Shown here: positions 9,769 through 19,886 of the stretch, piece after piece
Layout of the letters: every line of letters starts with the position of its first letter
Numbering within the stretch: the stretch's first letter is position 1
DNA from: Minisyncoccia bacterium
Lineage (GTDB): Bacteria; Patescibacteriota; Minisyncoccia; Phycocordibacterales; UBA918
Direction: 5' to 3'
DNA length: 64,000 bases
Assembly: GCA_041750655.1 (NCBI GenBank)
Contig: JBGSYZ010000017.1
Coordinates: 68,142-132,141 of the forward strand
Made by a program: the position numbers and the translations under genes
The notes under the pieces: generated by a model
Told to the model about the DNA's origin: nothing
The model's database searches: none
The model's input: the letters and a program-made list of their open reading frames with translations, nothing else

Positions 9769-10263
9769 ATGAGTCAAAAATTAATTATTATTAGAGGTAA
9801 TTCAGGCTCCGGTAAAGGGACAATAGCTAAACGTTTGCGAGAGGAGTTGGGTGGTAAAGTGGCTGTTATAGGGCAAGATGCTTTACGACGTGACTTACTA
9901 ATGGAGAAAGATAGTCTTGAGAATATTGATGTCTTAAAATTACTTGATCTAACGGCAAAATATTGTCTTGACCACGGCTATACAGTCATCATAGAAGGTA
10001 TATTAGCGACAGGAAAATATCATAATGTTCTAAGTGGCATTATGGAATACGCAAAATGTGACTCATATGTTTTATATCTAGATGTCTCTCTAGAAGAAAC
10101 GATTCGCCGACACGCAACCAAACCAAATTATAATGAGTTTGGCGAGGAAAAAATTAGAGAATGGTATAAACCAAATCACCATCTTAATGTTCCAGGTGAA
10201 ATCATAATTCCTGAAAGTTCATCAATAGAGGAAACTGTAAATTTTATAAAAACCAAACTCTAA
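9769..10263 (+). CDS. P-loop NTPase / small-molecule kinase (AAA_33-like)
   Basis: Walker A IIIRGNSGSGKGTIAKRL at the N-terminus. A 164-aa single-domain kinase-like fold. Confidence 0.5.
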   Translation: MSQKLIIIRGNSGSGKGTIAKRLREELGGKVAVIGQDALRRDLLMEKDSLENIDVLKLLDLTAKYCLDHGYTVIIEGILATGKYHNVLSGIMEYAKCDSYVLYLDVSLEETIRRHATKPNYNEFGEEKIREWYKPNHHLNVPGEIIIPESSSIEETVNFIKTKL

Positions 10264-10763
10264 CTGTTAAAAAATTGGAGCCAAAGTTTTTCGCCGTAGA
10301 GGATAGCGGCGAGCCAGATGGTGACCCAGAGAAAGGAGAGGATGAGGTCGTAGGCGAAGAAGCGGCGAAGTTTAATGTTGAAGGTGCCGATGATGAGGCC
10401 ATGGAGGGGACGGAAGAAGGTAATAAAACGACCGACAATCATGAAGAGGAGGAGGCCGCGCGTGCGCAAAAAGTCTTCGGCTTTTTGCGCACGCTCCCCA
10501 CTCAATCTCTTTTGTACAAAATTCGTATTATGAAAAAGTCGACCAACCCAATAATTTATTTGGTTACCCAGCAGAGTGCCAGCTAAAGCCGCAATTATTA
10601 CTTCCGGAACTGTTATCATTCCTGACATAAGCATCATGCCTACCGCACCAAGAGTAGCGCCACCATACAATATAAGTCCAGTTAGAAAAAAAATATCCAA
10701 GACCGAGGCAACAAAAATAACTAGTGGTGCGTAGTGTGAGAGTTGGTACACAACTTCCTGCAT
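10260..10763 (-). CDS. DedA/VTT-domain membrane protein
   Basis: DedA motif VGRFITFFRPLHGLIIGTFNIKLRRF and 4-5 TM segments. Confidence 0.7.
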   Translation of the reverse strand: MQEVVYQLSHYAPLVIFVASVLDIFFLTGLILYGGATLGAVGMMLMSGMITVPEVIIAALAGTLLGNQINYWVGRLFHNTNFVQKRLSGERAQKAEDFLRTRGLLLFMIVGRFITFFRPLHGLIIGTFNIKLRRFFAYDLILSFLWVTIWLAAILYGEKLWLQFFNS

Positions 10764-10766
10764 ACA

Positions 10767-11237
10767 CTAGCTGCTGGCGAATTTTCTGATGATCTGTTTG
10801 AGACCTCGACGAGAAATAATCCCAACGGGTCGGTTGTCCATATCAACTACCGGGATGCTGGAACGGTTATTCGCAATAGCAGTGGCGATGACGTTAATCA
10901 TATTGTCATCCATATTAAGGGCAATGAAATCACTCGACATGAATTCAATCACCGGTTTTTCGAACGCTGCTTTGACAGCGCCCCGCAGTCCTTCGTCAGT
11001 ATAAAGGCGCTCCATTACCTGGTCGCCATCCAGGTTGTCTGGAACAATAGCTTCTAAAATATCAGTCATCGTAACCTCACCAGTCAGTACCCCGTCATCA
11101 TCAGTGACCAATAGAGTATTGGTCTTATTTTTATCCATCGCTTCAATAGCTTCACCAAAAGTGATATTTTCATTAATAATAACAGCATCTTTTGTTATTT
11201 CTTTAATATCCATTACTTTTACTATACACCTACACAA
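10767..11237 (-). CDS. CBS-pair domain protein
   Basis: Two CBS-like halves (VLTGEVTMTDIL...; PVVDMDNRPVGIISRRGL). Paralogous to the ORF at 33903..34433. Confidence 0.7.
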   Translation of the reverse strand: MCRCIVKVMDIKEITKDAVIINENITFGEAIEAMDKNKTNTLLVTDDDGVLTGEVTMTDILEAIVPDNLDGDQVMERLYTDEGLRGAVKAAFEKPVIEFMSSDFIALNMDDNMINVIATAIANNRSSIPVVDMDNRPVGIISRRGLKQIIRKFASS

Positions 11238-11285
11238 TTATCTTGTATAGAACCGGTGATTTTTAGCACGTGATACACTTGCTGT

Positions 11286-14200
11286 ATGAAATCTATGGGC
11301 GAACAAAGGGAGCATGATAGGGCGGCGTTTACGGCGGCGTACGCCGCCCTAAACGCCGCTCAAAAGCAGGCAGTTGACACTATCGAAGGCCCAGTCATGG
11401 TGATTGCGGGTCCTGGTACCGGTAAGACTCAAATCTTGGCCCTGCGAATTGCTAATATACTTTTAAAGACCGATACGGCCCCTGAAAATATTCTCGCACT
11501 CACCTTTACTGAGTCTGGCGCCAAAGCTATGCGGGAACGCCTGCTTTCATACATTGGCTCCGCCGCCTATCGCGTGGCTATTTTTACTTTTCATGGGTTT
11601 GCCGAACGACAAATTGCAAGATACCCCGATTCGTATCCCAAAATTATTGGTGGCCGAGCGGCTAGCGATATAGATATAGTAACCATCATTGAAACTATTC
11701 TTAATAGTGGTGAAGTGGAGACGCTACGGCCCGCCGGTAATCCACAATACTATGTGAAACCAATTCGTAGCATGGTAAGTGACTTAAAGCGCGAATATGT
11801 AACTCCAAACAAACTAGCTGAACTAATAATTAAGCAAGAGAACGCCTTGGATAGTATCGAAAAAATTCATGAGAAAGGTGCGCACAAAGGCAAAATTCGC
11901 GGTGAATACAAAGACGCAGAAAAATCGATTGAGAAAAATAAAGCATTATTGTTTGTGTACCGTCATTACGAAGCATTAATGCACGAGAAAAATTTGTACG
12001 ACTTTGATGACATGATTGTAGAGACGGTAGAAGCGCTTTCGAGTAATGAAGATATGCTACGGGATTTACAGGAAACCTACCAATATATTCTGGCTGACGA
12101 ACACCAGGACGTTAATGGTTCTCAAAATAAAATTTTGGAATTACTGGCTTCGTATCATGATAGTCCAAATATTTTTGTAGTAGGGGATGAGAAACAGGCC
12201 ATCTTTCGGTTTCAAGGGGCGTCTCTCGAAAATTTTCTCTATTTTGGCGATCTGTTTAAAGGTACAACCACTATTTCTTTGACCGAAAATTATCGCTCCG
12301 GTCAGGAAATATTGGATGCCGCTCAAAGTCTAATTGAAGTGCCAGACGGACCTTTAAAGGATTTGCGGGTACCATTAAACGCAGCCTATGTTTCTCACTC
12401 TGAAGTTGAATTAAGAGATTTCTCACACCAAGCTGTTGAGGACGATTGGGTAGTCAAAAAAATTAATGAATTGATTGAACAGAACATTCCAGCCAAGGAG
12501 ATTGCAGTTATTGTTCGTTCCAACCAAGAAGTAGAATATCTCAGTCACCTTATTCGAGCGGCTGGGCACAAGGTTAGTGCTTCGGCTGATAGTGACGTGC
12601 TGCATCACCCGATTACTCATACTATTGAAGAATTAATGCGGGCGGTTACGAGTACTGATTCAAAAGCACTTTTCACGATTTTACATGGTGCCTATTGGGG
12701 AATTACGCACATTGATTTGGTAAAAATACTGGCTGCTCAAAGTTATGAAAAAAGTTTAGCTGAGATTGTTGCCGATGAGTCTCTGCTCAAGGAAATTGGG
12801 GTTGCTGACGTTGGAAAGATTTTACATGTTAGTCGAGTTTTAGCTGACGCGCGTAAACGTACCATAACAGAAACACCGCACTCAGTATTAGCCTACATGA
12901 TCGAGGAAAGTGGTCTTAAGGATTTTGTAATGACCACTGATCCATTGGGAGCCGCTCGGGTAGTGCGTCGTTTGTTTGACGAGATTGAGGAACAAGTACG
13001 ACGCGACAAGACAGTGTCGATGGTCGACGTTGTGAATGCTCTATCGCTTCGCAGGCAATATGGTTTACCACTCAACGCCCCCTTTATTACTATTGATAGC
13101 CAGGCAGTGCACGTAATGACTGCTCACAAATCCAAGGGTTTGGAATTTGAGGTCGTCATCGCACCCCATCTGACCGACAATAGCTGGGGAGGACGAACAA
13201 CCCGCGCTAATTTTAAAATTACTATTCCGGGTCAACTCAACGAAGAAGTTCATGACGCAGGCGATGATGAACGTCGGCTTTTGTATGTGCTTATGACCAG
13301 AGCCAAGAGTAAACTTCTAGTAAGTTCTAGTGAGACAAATACTGAGGGTAAGGCGCTAAGTCCATCTCGTCTTCTTTCTGATATTGAAGAAAGTAATCTA
13401 CACATAGTGCCGACCGAAGACATTGAGGATGAATTTGTGCCGCTCTCTACAATAACCACTAGGCAGCCAGATTCAGTCTTAGATACGAACTTTATTACTA
13501 AACTTTTAAGTGAACGAGGTTTTTCAGCCACATCATTGAATAATTATTTGCGGAGCCCATGGGATTATTTTTATCGCAATATCTTGCGTATTTCGGAAAT
13601 ACAACCAGTTCATATGCAATTTGGCACAGCGATTCATAATGTGATGGAGAGAGTGACTAAAGAGCACATGTCGAGCGGAAAGGTGGCCTCAGATACTGAA
13701 ATAAAAGGGTATTTGGAGCGCGAGCTTAATAAACTTCCGATTAGTACGGAAGATTACACTCGGCTCCATCAAAAGGGTCTAGAGGCTCTTTTGGTGTATA
13801 TTCCGCACGTATCTAGTTCGTGGCCAAAGAAAACTCGCTCCGAGATGTCACTACGAGTGGTTATGGATACTGGCGTAGCAGAACTACCCCAACTACCATT
13901 AACTGGTAAGCTCGATCGTCTAGATTTTGATGATGAAGATCATGTTTTGAAAGTGGTTGATTACAAAACCGGAAAACCAAAAACCAGAAATAGTATAGAA
14001 GGGAAGACCGCTTCCTCTGACGGTGGCTACAAACGTCAGTTAGTTTTCTACGCCTTACTCTTAGAACTATATGATGACGAGCGATATAAATGTCGCAACG
14101 GGGTGCTTTCCTTTGTGGAACCAGACAGTAAAGGAGTAATTCATGAAGAAGAATTTACGATTTCTGATGAAGAAATAAGAGAACTAAAGGAAGAAATAAT

Positions 14201-14306
14201 TATAGCCACCAAAGAAATTATCTCTGGAGATTTTATTAAAACTGATTGCGATTCATCGGTTAGCGGTTATTGTCACCTAGTTTCTTTGTTGAAAGAAAAC
14301 AGGTAA
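11286..14306 (+). CDS. UvrD/PcrA-family helicase fused to C-terminal PD-(D/E)XK (RecB/AddB-like) nuclease
   Basis: Walker A AGPGTGKTQ, DEHQD (motif II) and helicase motifs VI. The C-terminus has DRLDFDDEDHVLKVVDYKTGKP (D...DYK nuclease core) and a terminal Cys cluster (CDSSVSGYCH). Confidence 0.8.
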   Translation: MKSMGEQREHDRAAFTAAYAALNAAQKQAVDTIEGPVMVIAGPGTGKTQILALRIANILLKTDTAPENILALTFTESGAKAMRERLLSYIGSAAYRVAIFTFHGFAERQIARYPDSYPKIIGGRAASDIDIVTIIETILNSGEVETLRPAGNPQYYVKPIRSMVSDLKREYVTPNKLAELIIKQENALDSIEKIHEKGAHKGKIRGEYKDAEKSIEKNKALLFVYRHYEALMHEKNLYDFDDMIVETVEALSSNEDMLRDLQETYQYILADEHQDVNGSQNKILELLASYHDSPNIFVVGDEKQAIFRFQGASLENFLYFGDLFKGTTTISLTENYRSGQEILDAAQSLIEVPDGPLKDLRVPLNAAYVSHSEVELRDFSHQAVEDDWVVKKINELIEQNIPAKEIAVIVRSNQEVEYLSHLIRAAGHKVSASADSDVLHHPITHTIEELMRAVTSTDSKALFTILHGAYWGITHIDLVKILAAQSYEKSLAEIVADESLLKEIGVADVGKILHVSRVLADARKRTITETPHSVLAYMIEESGLKDFVMTTDPLGAARVVRRLFDEIEEQVRRDKTVSMVDVVNALSLRRQYGLPLNAPFITIDSQAVHVMTAHKSKGLEFEVVIAPHLTDNSWGGRTTRANFKITIPGQLNEEVHDAGDDERRLLYVLMTRAKSKLLVSSSETNTEGKALSPSRLLSDIEESNLHIVPTEDIEDEFVPLSTITTRQPDSVLDTNFITKLLSERGFSATSLNNYLRSPWDYFYRNILRISEIQPVHMQFGTAIHNVMERVTKEHMSSGKVASDTEIKGYLERELNKLPISTEDYTRLHQKGLEALLVYIPHVSSSWPKKTRSEMSLRVVMDTGVAELPQLPLTGKLDRLDFDDEDHVLKVVDYKTGKPKTRNSIEGKTASSDGGYKRQLVFYALLLELYDDERYKCRNGVLSFVEPDSKGVIHEEEFTISDEEIRELKEEIIIATKEIISGDFIKTDCDSSVSGYCHLVSLLKENR

Positions 14307-14309
14307 CTA

Positions 14310-14342
14310 AAAAAGGCGCTACCTTCGGTCGCGCCTTTTTTA
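14310..14342. terminator. Bidirectional rho-independent terminator between the helicase-nuclease (+) and the DsbA-like gene (-)
   Basis: aaaaaggcgc-taccttcggtc-gcgccttttt: perfect 10-bp stem with A/T runs on both sides. Confidence 0.7.
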
Positions 14343-14357
14343 GTAAAGTAGTCCTGA

Positions 14358-15089
14358 TTACGGATTTAACTGTCCACCTTCAATTTGAGAAAGTAACTGC
14401 TCAACAATTTCTTTTACATTGTCGTACGGCTGAGCACCATTTATTACTCCTTGTTGATCACCAACCATCACAACAGTGTGTGGCGTTCCTTGTCCACCAG
14501 CATTAATGGCTTCAGCTACATCTTGATCAACTTGATCTTTATAACGTCCGCTATCAAGACAAGTTTGGAAGCCACGAGCGTCTACTCCTGCGGTAGTGGC
14601 AAATTCAGGCAGACGAGATAAGTCAGTTGGTTCGTTAGTCCCTCGTTCGCCAAACACCAAATCAGCAAATTTCCAAAACGCATCATTACCTCCCAATTCT
14701 GCTACACACTCAGAAGCTTCGGCAATTTTTGGTGCGTTTGGATGAAGCTGAGCTAATGGAAATTGTCGATACACCCACGCTACTCGTCCGTCTACCCCGT
14801 ATTCATCCATAATCTTATTCATGGTTGAATGGAAATTTTTACAAAACGGACATTCAAAGTCAGAGTATTCAACCATTAAAATTGGAGCATTGGGATTACC
14901 GCGAATATGGTCTGCTTCAGTCACTGGTAACACTTCTGGTTTTGTTCCTTCTTCAGCACCAGGTGTAACTTCTGTTACTTGTTGCGGCGCAGTTTTGCCA
15001 TTATATAAAATAGCTCCAGCTACCAAAGCGGCTGCTAAAATAATTGCGATTGGGATGCCAAGACTTGGCGCTTTCTTAGTTGGTTCCAT
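14358..15089 (-). CDS. DsbA-family thiol:disulfide oxidoreductase (membrane-anchored)
   Basis: N-terminal TM segment, thioredoxin fold and a CPFC active site (SDFECPFCKNFH). Confidence 0.7.
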   Translation of the reverse strand: MEPTKKAPSLGIPIAIILAAALVAGAILYNGKTAPQQVTEVTPGAEEGTKPEVLPVTEADHIRGNPNAPILMVEYSDFECPFCKNFHSTMNKIMDEYGVDGRVAWVYRQFPLAQLHPNAPKIAEASECVAELGGNDAFWKFADLVFGERGTNEPTDLSRLPEFATTAGVDARGFQTCLDSGRYKDQVDQDVAEAINAGGQGTPHTVVMVGDQQGVINGAQPYDNVKEIVEQLLSQIEGGQLNP

Positions 15090-15140
15090 AGGAAATTAAC
15101 AGAAACTTATACAAAATAATATGGGAAGAGTATACCATAT

Positions 15141-15992
15141 ATGTGGTTTTGGCATGCTATACTCGAGCAAAATAGTGTAATTATGGATATATTTCAAGCA
15201 ATACTTTTAGGGGTAGTACAAGGTCTAACCGAATTTTTACCAGTGTCTTCTACTGGGCACCTTATTTTAGCTGAAAAAATATTAGGGGTTGAGACTTCAA
15301 ATGCATTGGCTTTTGATGCGATTCTTCATCTCGCCACAGCCGGAGCAGTAATATTATATTTTAAAAAAGATATTTGGATTCTAGTTAATACTGTCCTGAG
15401 ACGATTTAGTCGCTTACCCGTTAACCGTCGGGACATGATACTTGTCTACTCATTGATAGTTGGAACTATACCAGCAGTTATCTTTGGTTTGTTGCTGGAA
15501 TCTTATATGAATGATCAGTTCCGCAACCCACTTTTGGTAGCAGGGGTTCTGGTGCTTGGTTCACTATTTTTTATGTATGCTGAGTGGGTCTACGAAAATT
15601 CTTATCCCCAAAATGAGATGAGTGTAACCAAGGCCATCAAGATTGGTCTTTTCCAGTGTTTGGCGTTAATACCGGGCATGTCACGTTCGGGAGCTACAAT
15701 TTCTGGTGGAATGCTATTAGGTCTGACTCGTCATGAGGCTGCTCGGTTTGCGTTTCTTTTAGCTGTACCGGTTATTTTAGGGGCTGGTGCAAAAAAACTC
15801 CTAGAATTAATTCAATCAAATGACCCAATTCAGTGGGCGAGTGTTGGGGCTGGTGCTATTGCTGCCTTTGTGACAGGTTTGTTTGCGGTGCATTTTATGT
15901 TGCGGTTTGTAAGGAGTCATACTTTGTGGCCGTTTATTTGGTATCGGATTATTTTGGCCGCCTTTGTCACTTTCGTTATTGTTTTTGGATAA
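15141..15992 (+). CDS. uppP: Undecaprenyl-diphosphate phosphatase UppP/BacA
   Basis: MDIFQAILLGVVQGLTEFLPVSSTGHLIL and GMSRSGATISGGMLLG motifs. The true start is probably the internal Met near 15183. Confidence 0.85.
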   Translation: MWFWHAILEQNSVIMDIFQAILLGVVQGLTEFLPVSSTGHLILAEKILGVETSNALAFDAILHLATAGAVILYFKKDIWILVNTVLRRFSRLPVNRRDMILVYSLIVGTIPAVIFGLLLESYMNDQFRNPLLVAGVLVLGSLFFMYAEWVYENSYPQNEMSVTKAIKIGLFQCLALIPGMSRSGATISGGMLLGLTRHEAARFAFLLAVPVILGAGAKKLLELIQSNDPIQWASVGAGAIAAFVTGLFAVHFMLRFVRSHTLWPFIWYRIILAAFVTFVIVFG

Positions 15993-16016
15993 AAAGTGCC
16001 TTGAGACACTTTTTAT
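15992..16016 (+). terminator. Terminator after uppP
   Basis: aaaagtg-ccttgaga-cacttttt. Confidence 0.55.
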
Positions 16017-16207
16017 CCATTCCAGTCCCCAGACTGGACGGCCGATGTGACGCGCTAGCGGAACCAGGCCGAGGTGGAAAGAACTCAAACTTTAGTTTTC
16101 TCCATACCTTGGCACTTTTCGCCCTGCGCAGCGTTCTTTAGCTAATTTCTGTCGAAGATGAAATTCGGGTTTATAAAGAAAAGGACGTCCAGAAACCCCC
16201 GGGCGCC

Positions 16208-16411
16208 CTATTTTTCGAGAAGCACAGCTCTGAGTGTCGCAATCTTGAGCATAACCCACTCTTTGTTGTTTAAGATTCTCCGGCCTTGTTTTGTTTGATT
16301 GAGGCCCTGCCTAAGAATTTGCCGAAGTTCTCTTAATGTCTGAACGCCAGTGGTCTTCTTTGCGTCAGCAATGAGCTGTTCTCTATTTATTAGCAAAAGT
16401 GGTTTTTTCAC
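16208..16411 (-). CDS. Small basic hypothetical protein (67 aa), possible DNA-binding
   Basis: GTG start preceded by a strong SD (gaaaggagg, 5-nt spacer). Basic composition (RQILRQGLNQTKQGRR). Confidence 0.4.
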   Translation of the reverse strand: MKKPLLLINREQLIADAKKTTGVQTLRELRQILRQGLNQTKQGRRILNNKEWVMLKIATLRAVLLEK

Positions 16412-16454
16412 CGTTTCCTCCTTTCTAGTTATAATTTTACACTAATGTCTATAT

Positions 16455-17030
16455 TTAAAAAGGCAAGGTATGCGTCATTGACGCGTCTTCTTTGATAATC
16501 CAGGCGGATGTATCAAGAGGAATATCTTTTTTGCGAGCACCGTCTTTGAATTTTACATGGCCGTTTTTTAAGGCGTATTCAAATATTTCTTTGGTGACTT
16601 TTACATCCTGTTCACAGTACTTTTTAATTTCATCAATTTTACCTTCCCGCCACCAGCGCACGGCCTGTAGGCCGTCCGCTGATTTCTTGGAACCAAGGGT
16701 GGCCTGAGCCACACTATCGAGGCGTAATCGGCGACCAAGCGAGGTCTTAATATCTTCGAGTAAATCAATGCTTTTAATTTGGGTTAAATCACCAGGGTAA
16801 TATTTATTTAAAAGAGGAATATCAAAATGGTTGCTGTTGTAACCAACGAGCGCATCGGCCGCTTCTATAATTGGCCAAAGTATTTCGAGATTATCGATAG
16901 TAGCCGTCGTATATTTGTCAGTGTGACTATCATAAACAGTTCCGACCGAAATATCTAAAAGGGCCGGGTCGCTTCCACCAACGTCTTGAAAAATATTTTG
17001 AGTTTCTAAGTCAAAGACAACGTAACGCAT
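16455..17030 (-). CDS. DEDDh-family 3'-5' exonuclease (DnaQ/RNase T-like)
   Basis: Exo I VVFDLETQ, Exo II YNSNHFDIPLL and Exo III Y-x3-D (YCEQDV). Confidence 0.7.
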   Translation of the reverse strand: MRYVVFDLETQNIFQDVGGSDPALLDISVGTVYDSHTDKYTTATIDNLEILWPIIEAADALVGYNSNHFDIPLLNKYYPGDLTQIKSIDLLEDIKTSLGRRLRLDSVAQATLGSKKSADGLQAVRWWREGKIDEIKKYCEQDVKVTKEIFEYALKNGHVKFKDGARKKDIPLDTSAWIIKEDASMTHTLPF

Positions 17031-17101
17031 GGGAAAGATTGTAACATATACTTTTTTATAAATATGAAAGGGCTCCGCAATACATTTGCGAAGCCCACGA
17101 T

Positions 17102-17692
17102 TTAAACAGTATGTGCTATCTGGTGTTGATTGAGGAATAGTTCTTCAAAGTGCTCTCCCCAACGCTGCCAGATTGGTAATGTGTGGTAGGCACCAAGCTC
17201 GCCGGGAGCTAAGGCAGAAATCTTCTGTTCGGGACGTAGACCCTCAGCCCAGCATTCGACTGCTAAGGCGGTGATTTCGCCGATATTTAGGCCTTTAGCA
17301 AATCGAATTTGGGCAATACATGACGTGTAAAACGGATCGCGTTCACCAATAAGCTCTTTGATCAACATCTGTCCAAAAGGGGTATCGTTGAGAATACTAA
17401 GTCGCCGTTTTGGGTTGTGTTCACAAAGAAGCTTACGCAACTCCCAATAAGAAACAGACTCAGATTCCGATATCTTCCAACCACCACGGTCACCGTTGCC
17501 CATATAGACAATCAGTGCAGGGGATATAGATTTTTTATCACCTAAAAAATTATCAATTCGCTCCAAAGTCTTTGTTCGACCGAGATGATGGAATTGAACT
17601 TTACAACAGAGGTTGGTCAGTTTTTGGATCAACTCCAGTGCTTTGGTAACTTTTGGCCCATCCACAGTCGTAATAACCAGAACATCAGTCAT
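17102..17692 (-). CDS. Hypothetical protein (196 aa)
   Basis: Complete ORF with no family recognised. See the findings for a tentative caspase-like pattern with substituted catalytic residues. Confidence 0.35.
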   Translation of the reverse strand: MTDVLVITTVDGPKVTKALELIQKLTNLCCKVQFHHLGRTKTLERIDNFLGDKKSISPALIVYMGNGDRGGWKISESESVSYWELRKLLCEHNPKRRLSILNDTPFGQMLIKELIGERDPFYTSCIAQIRFAKGLNIGEITALAVECWAEGLRPEQKISALAPGELGAYHTLPIWQRWGEHFEELFLNQHQIAHTV

Positions 17693-17756
17693 GGTATTTC
17701 TCCTTGTTTACCTAACCTAAGCAGAACAATAACACATATTTAAAGTATGTAAATAT

Positions 17757-19058
17757 TTAAAGCTTTTTAACTAACTCCTCAATATTCCCAAATGTTTCTT
17801 CGCCATCAGTAAGGTTCTTAAGCGAATACTTACCGGTCTTGGCTTCGTTCTCTCCAATGATCAATGCGTAGGTGACCATAGCTTCAGCAGCGGCAGAAAG
17901 TTTCTTGCCAACTTTTCTTGTGCTGACATCGGTTGCAACACTCACGCCAACTTGGCGAATGGCCTGAGCTAGCTTTTGGCCATGCATATTAAACTCTGCA
18001 TCGGTTGGAAGAATCATGACAGTTGGAGAGGTGATGTCAGTTGACATGAGCTCGTGCGTTTCCAAAAAGTCGCGCATAGTGACATCCCCAAACCCAAATC
18101 CAATCCCGGGCACCGCTTCGCCGCCAAAGAGGGAAGTTAGATTGTCATAGCGCCCGCCACCTAAAAGAGAGCGGTTGTTACCCTCGGCTTTGTCTTTAAA
18201 TTCAAAAATAGTGCCGGTGTAGTAATCAAAACCGCGAGCTAAAGAGCGGTCTAGACGAACGTTCTTTATGCCAAGCTCATTGAGTCCAGCTACCACAGCG
18301 TTCTCACCAGCGTCTTCTTGTTCTATCATTTTCTTCACTTCATTTGCTAAATCTTTATGACCAAGTGCTTCTACCATTTCTGCTAAGTATGTACTTTCGT
18401 CAATTTTATCTTTTTTGTCGTTAAGACGAGTTAGTTTTTTAATTGTTTCTTCATTGGTAATACCTAACATCTCATACGCTTTCTTCATGGTTTGGCGGTT
18501 GTTGACCAAAATCTCGAACATGCTTTCATCCGCTCCAAAGTTCATAAAGATTTGGTAGGCCAAAGCAATGACTTCCACATCCACCGAAATATCAGTTGAG
18601 CCAAAAATATCGCAATTGAGTTGCCAGTGTTCGCGCAGGCGGCCGCGTTGGGCTCGTTCGTAACGGAAGAGATTGGGGATGGAATACCAACGCACTGGGA
18701 AGGCTAGTTCTTTTCTTTTAGCGGCAATCATGCGGGCGACGGTTGGGGTCATCTCGGGTCGCAAAGTCACTTCGCGATCACCACGGTCGATGAAAGTATA
18801 GGTTTGTTCGTTGATCATCTCTTCGTTTTCCGCCCCCTTGGCTTTGTATAACGCTGATGGTTCCAACACTGAAGCATTGTATCGTTCAAAGCCAAAACTC
18901 TCAGCCGTGTAGGCCCAGGTATCAAAAATATATTGCTGAATAGCCATGTCTTCTGGGTAAAAATCCCGGACACCCTTATAGGGGTCGGTCGATAGATGTT
19001 TATTACTATTCTCTTTGCTCATGGGGCTGATTGTACGTAAATGTTGTCTTTTTAACAA
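17757..19058 (-). CDS. hisS: Histidyl-tRNA synthetase
   Basis: Class II motifs: FRYERAQRGRLREHWQLNCDIFG (motif 2) and GGGRYDNL (motif 3). An anticodon-binding domain lies at the C-terminus. Confidence 0.9.
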   Translation of the reverse strand: MLKRQHLRTISPMSKENSNKHLSTDPYKGVRDFYPEDMAIQQYIFDTWAYTAESFGFERYNASVLEPSALYKAKGAENEEMINEQTYTFIDRGDREVTLRPEMTPTVARMIAAKRKELAFPVRWYSIPNLFRYERAQRGRLREHWQLNCDIFGSTDISVDVEVIALAYQIFMNFGADESMFEILVNNRQTMKKAYEMLGITNEETIKKLTRLNDKKDKIDESTYLAEMVEALGHKDLANEVKKMIEQEDAGENAVVAGLNELGIKNVRLDRSLARGFDYYTGTIFEFKDKAEGNNRSLLGGGRYDNLTSLFGGEAVPGIGFGFGDVTMRDFLETHELMSTDITSPTVMILPTDAEFNMHGQKLAQAIRQVGVSVATDVSTRKVGKKLSAAAEAMVTYALIIGENEAKTGKYSLKNLTDGEETFGNIEELVKKL

Positions 19059-19062
19059 GGTT

Positions 19063-19644
19063 TTATAATCCAGCTTGGTCGTGACGATACTGAGTGACTT
19101 TTTGCCGTTCGTCAGCTTGGTGGATTATAAGAGATTTTAGACCACGTGGGTCAGGCATATTCTTGGCTTTAAATTCTTCATTGCTGCCGCCGGCAGTTTG
19201 TGCCTCAATAAATCCATAATTGAGTAAAGTCGGAATAATACCGCTGATTTCGATATTCATATCTTGGAGTCGTTCGAGACGAAATGAGGATAGGTGACGA
19301 CGAAAGAAACCGCGTTGGTCGATAGCAACAATCCGACGATCGGTAATAACCCACAGATCAAGATAGTAGTCAGTAATGTGGTTAGTAAAATGCATCCACA
19401 TTAAAAGTATCCAAGCGAGATAAAAAAACCAGATAGTGCCCGTAAATTCTGAAAATGAATTCATAGTGACAAATTGGTTGACGGGGAGTTCAGCAATAAG
19501 TTTGGACAGAATAAAATAACCGATGAGTGGAAGTAGCGTTAGTAGCAAGTCTCCAATAATAAACATACACATCACGAACCAGTGCTTACGAACAATTTTG
19601 ATTATTTTTTCATCAGCTTCAAGCTTAATCTGTTCAACTAACAT
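19063..19644 (-). CDS. Membrane protein with bacterial PH domain (bPH_2, YdbS/YdbT-like)
   Basis: Two N-terminal TMs then DYYLDLWVITDRRIVAIDQRGFF, typical of bPH_2. Confidence 0.55.
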   Translation of the reverse strand: MLVEQIKLEADEKIIKIVRKHWFVMCMFIIGDLLLTLLPLIGYFILSKLIAELPVNQFVTMNSFSEFTGTIWFFYLAWILLMWMHFTNHITDYYLDLWVITDRRIVAIDQRGFFRRHLSSFRLERLQDMNIEISGIIPTLLNYGFIEAQTAGGSNEEFKAKNMPDPRGLKSLIIHQADERQKVTQYRHDQAGL

Positions 19645-19647
19645 ACT

Positions 19648-19878
19648 TTAAAAAATAATTATACTGCCCATAATGAGAAGAATAACTACCCCAATTCCAA
19701 TATGGAGCATGGTGCCAAGAAAGGCTTGCGACTTGCTGTGACCATAAGTCAGCCAGTGATAGGCTACGATGGCTGAATGAATAGCAAAGACTAGAACTAA
19801 GAATAAAAAAACTAGTGTCAAGAATTGGTCAAGTGAGACGCTAATAAAGGTATCGGGCGCAAGTGGGTTAGTGGGCAT
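19648..19878 (-). CDS. Small membrane protein (76 aa)
   Basis: Two hydrophobic helices. Tightly packed between prmC and the bPH gene. Confidence 0.35.
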   Translation of the reverse strand: MPTNPLAPDTFISVSLDQFLTLVFLFLVLVFAIHSAIVAYHWLTYGHSKSQAFLGTMLHIGIGVVILLIMGSIIIF

Positions 19879-19886
19879 ATTCAGGA

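Noticed and set aside
10275-10586. 103-aa acidic plus-strand ORF
   Set aside because: It is antisense to the DedA gene, whose conserved motif is intact. Its glutamate richness reflects the complementary strand composition.
16020-16207. GC-rich intergenic segment with GGACGTCC and GGGCGCCC palindromes, possible ncRNA
   Set aside because: No recognisable RNA family signature (tRNA, SRP, 6S, RNase P). It may simply hold the terminator or promoter of the 67-aa minus-strand gene and is left unannotated.
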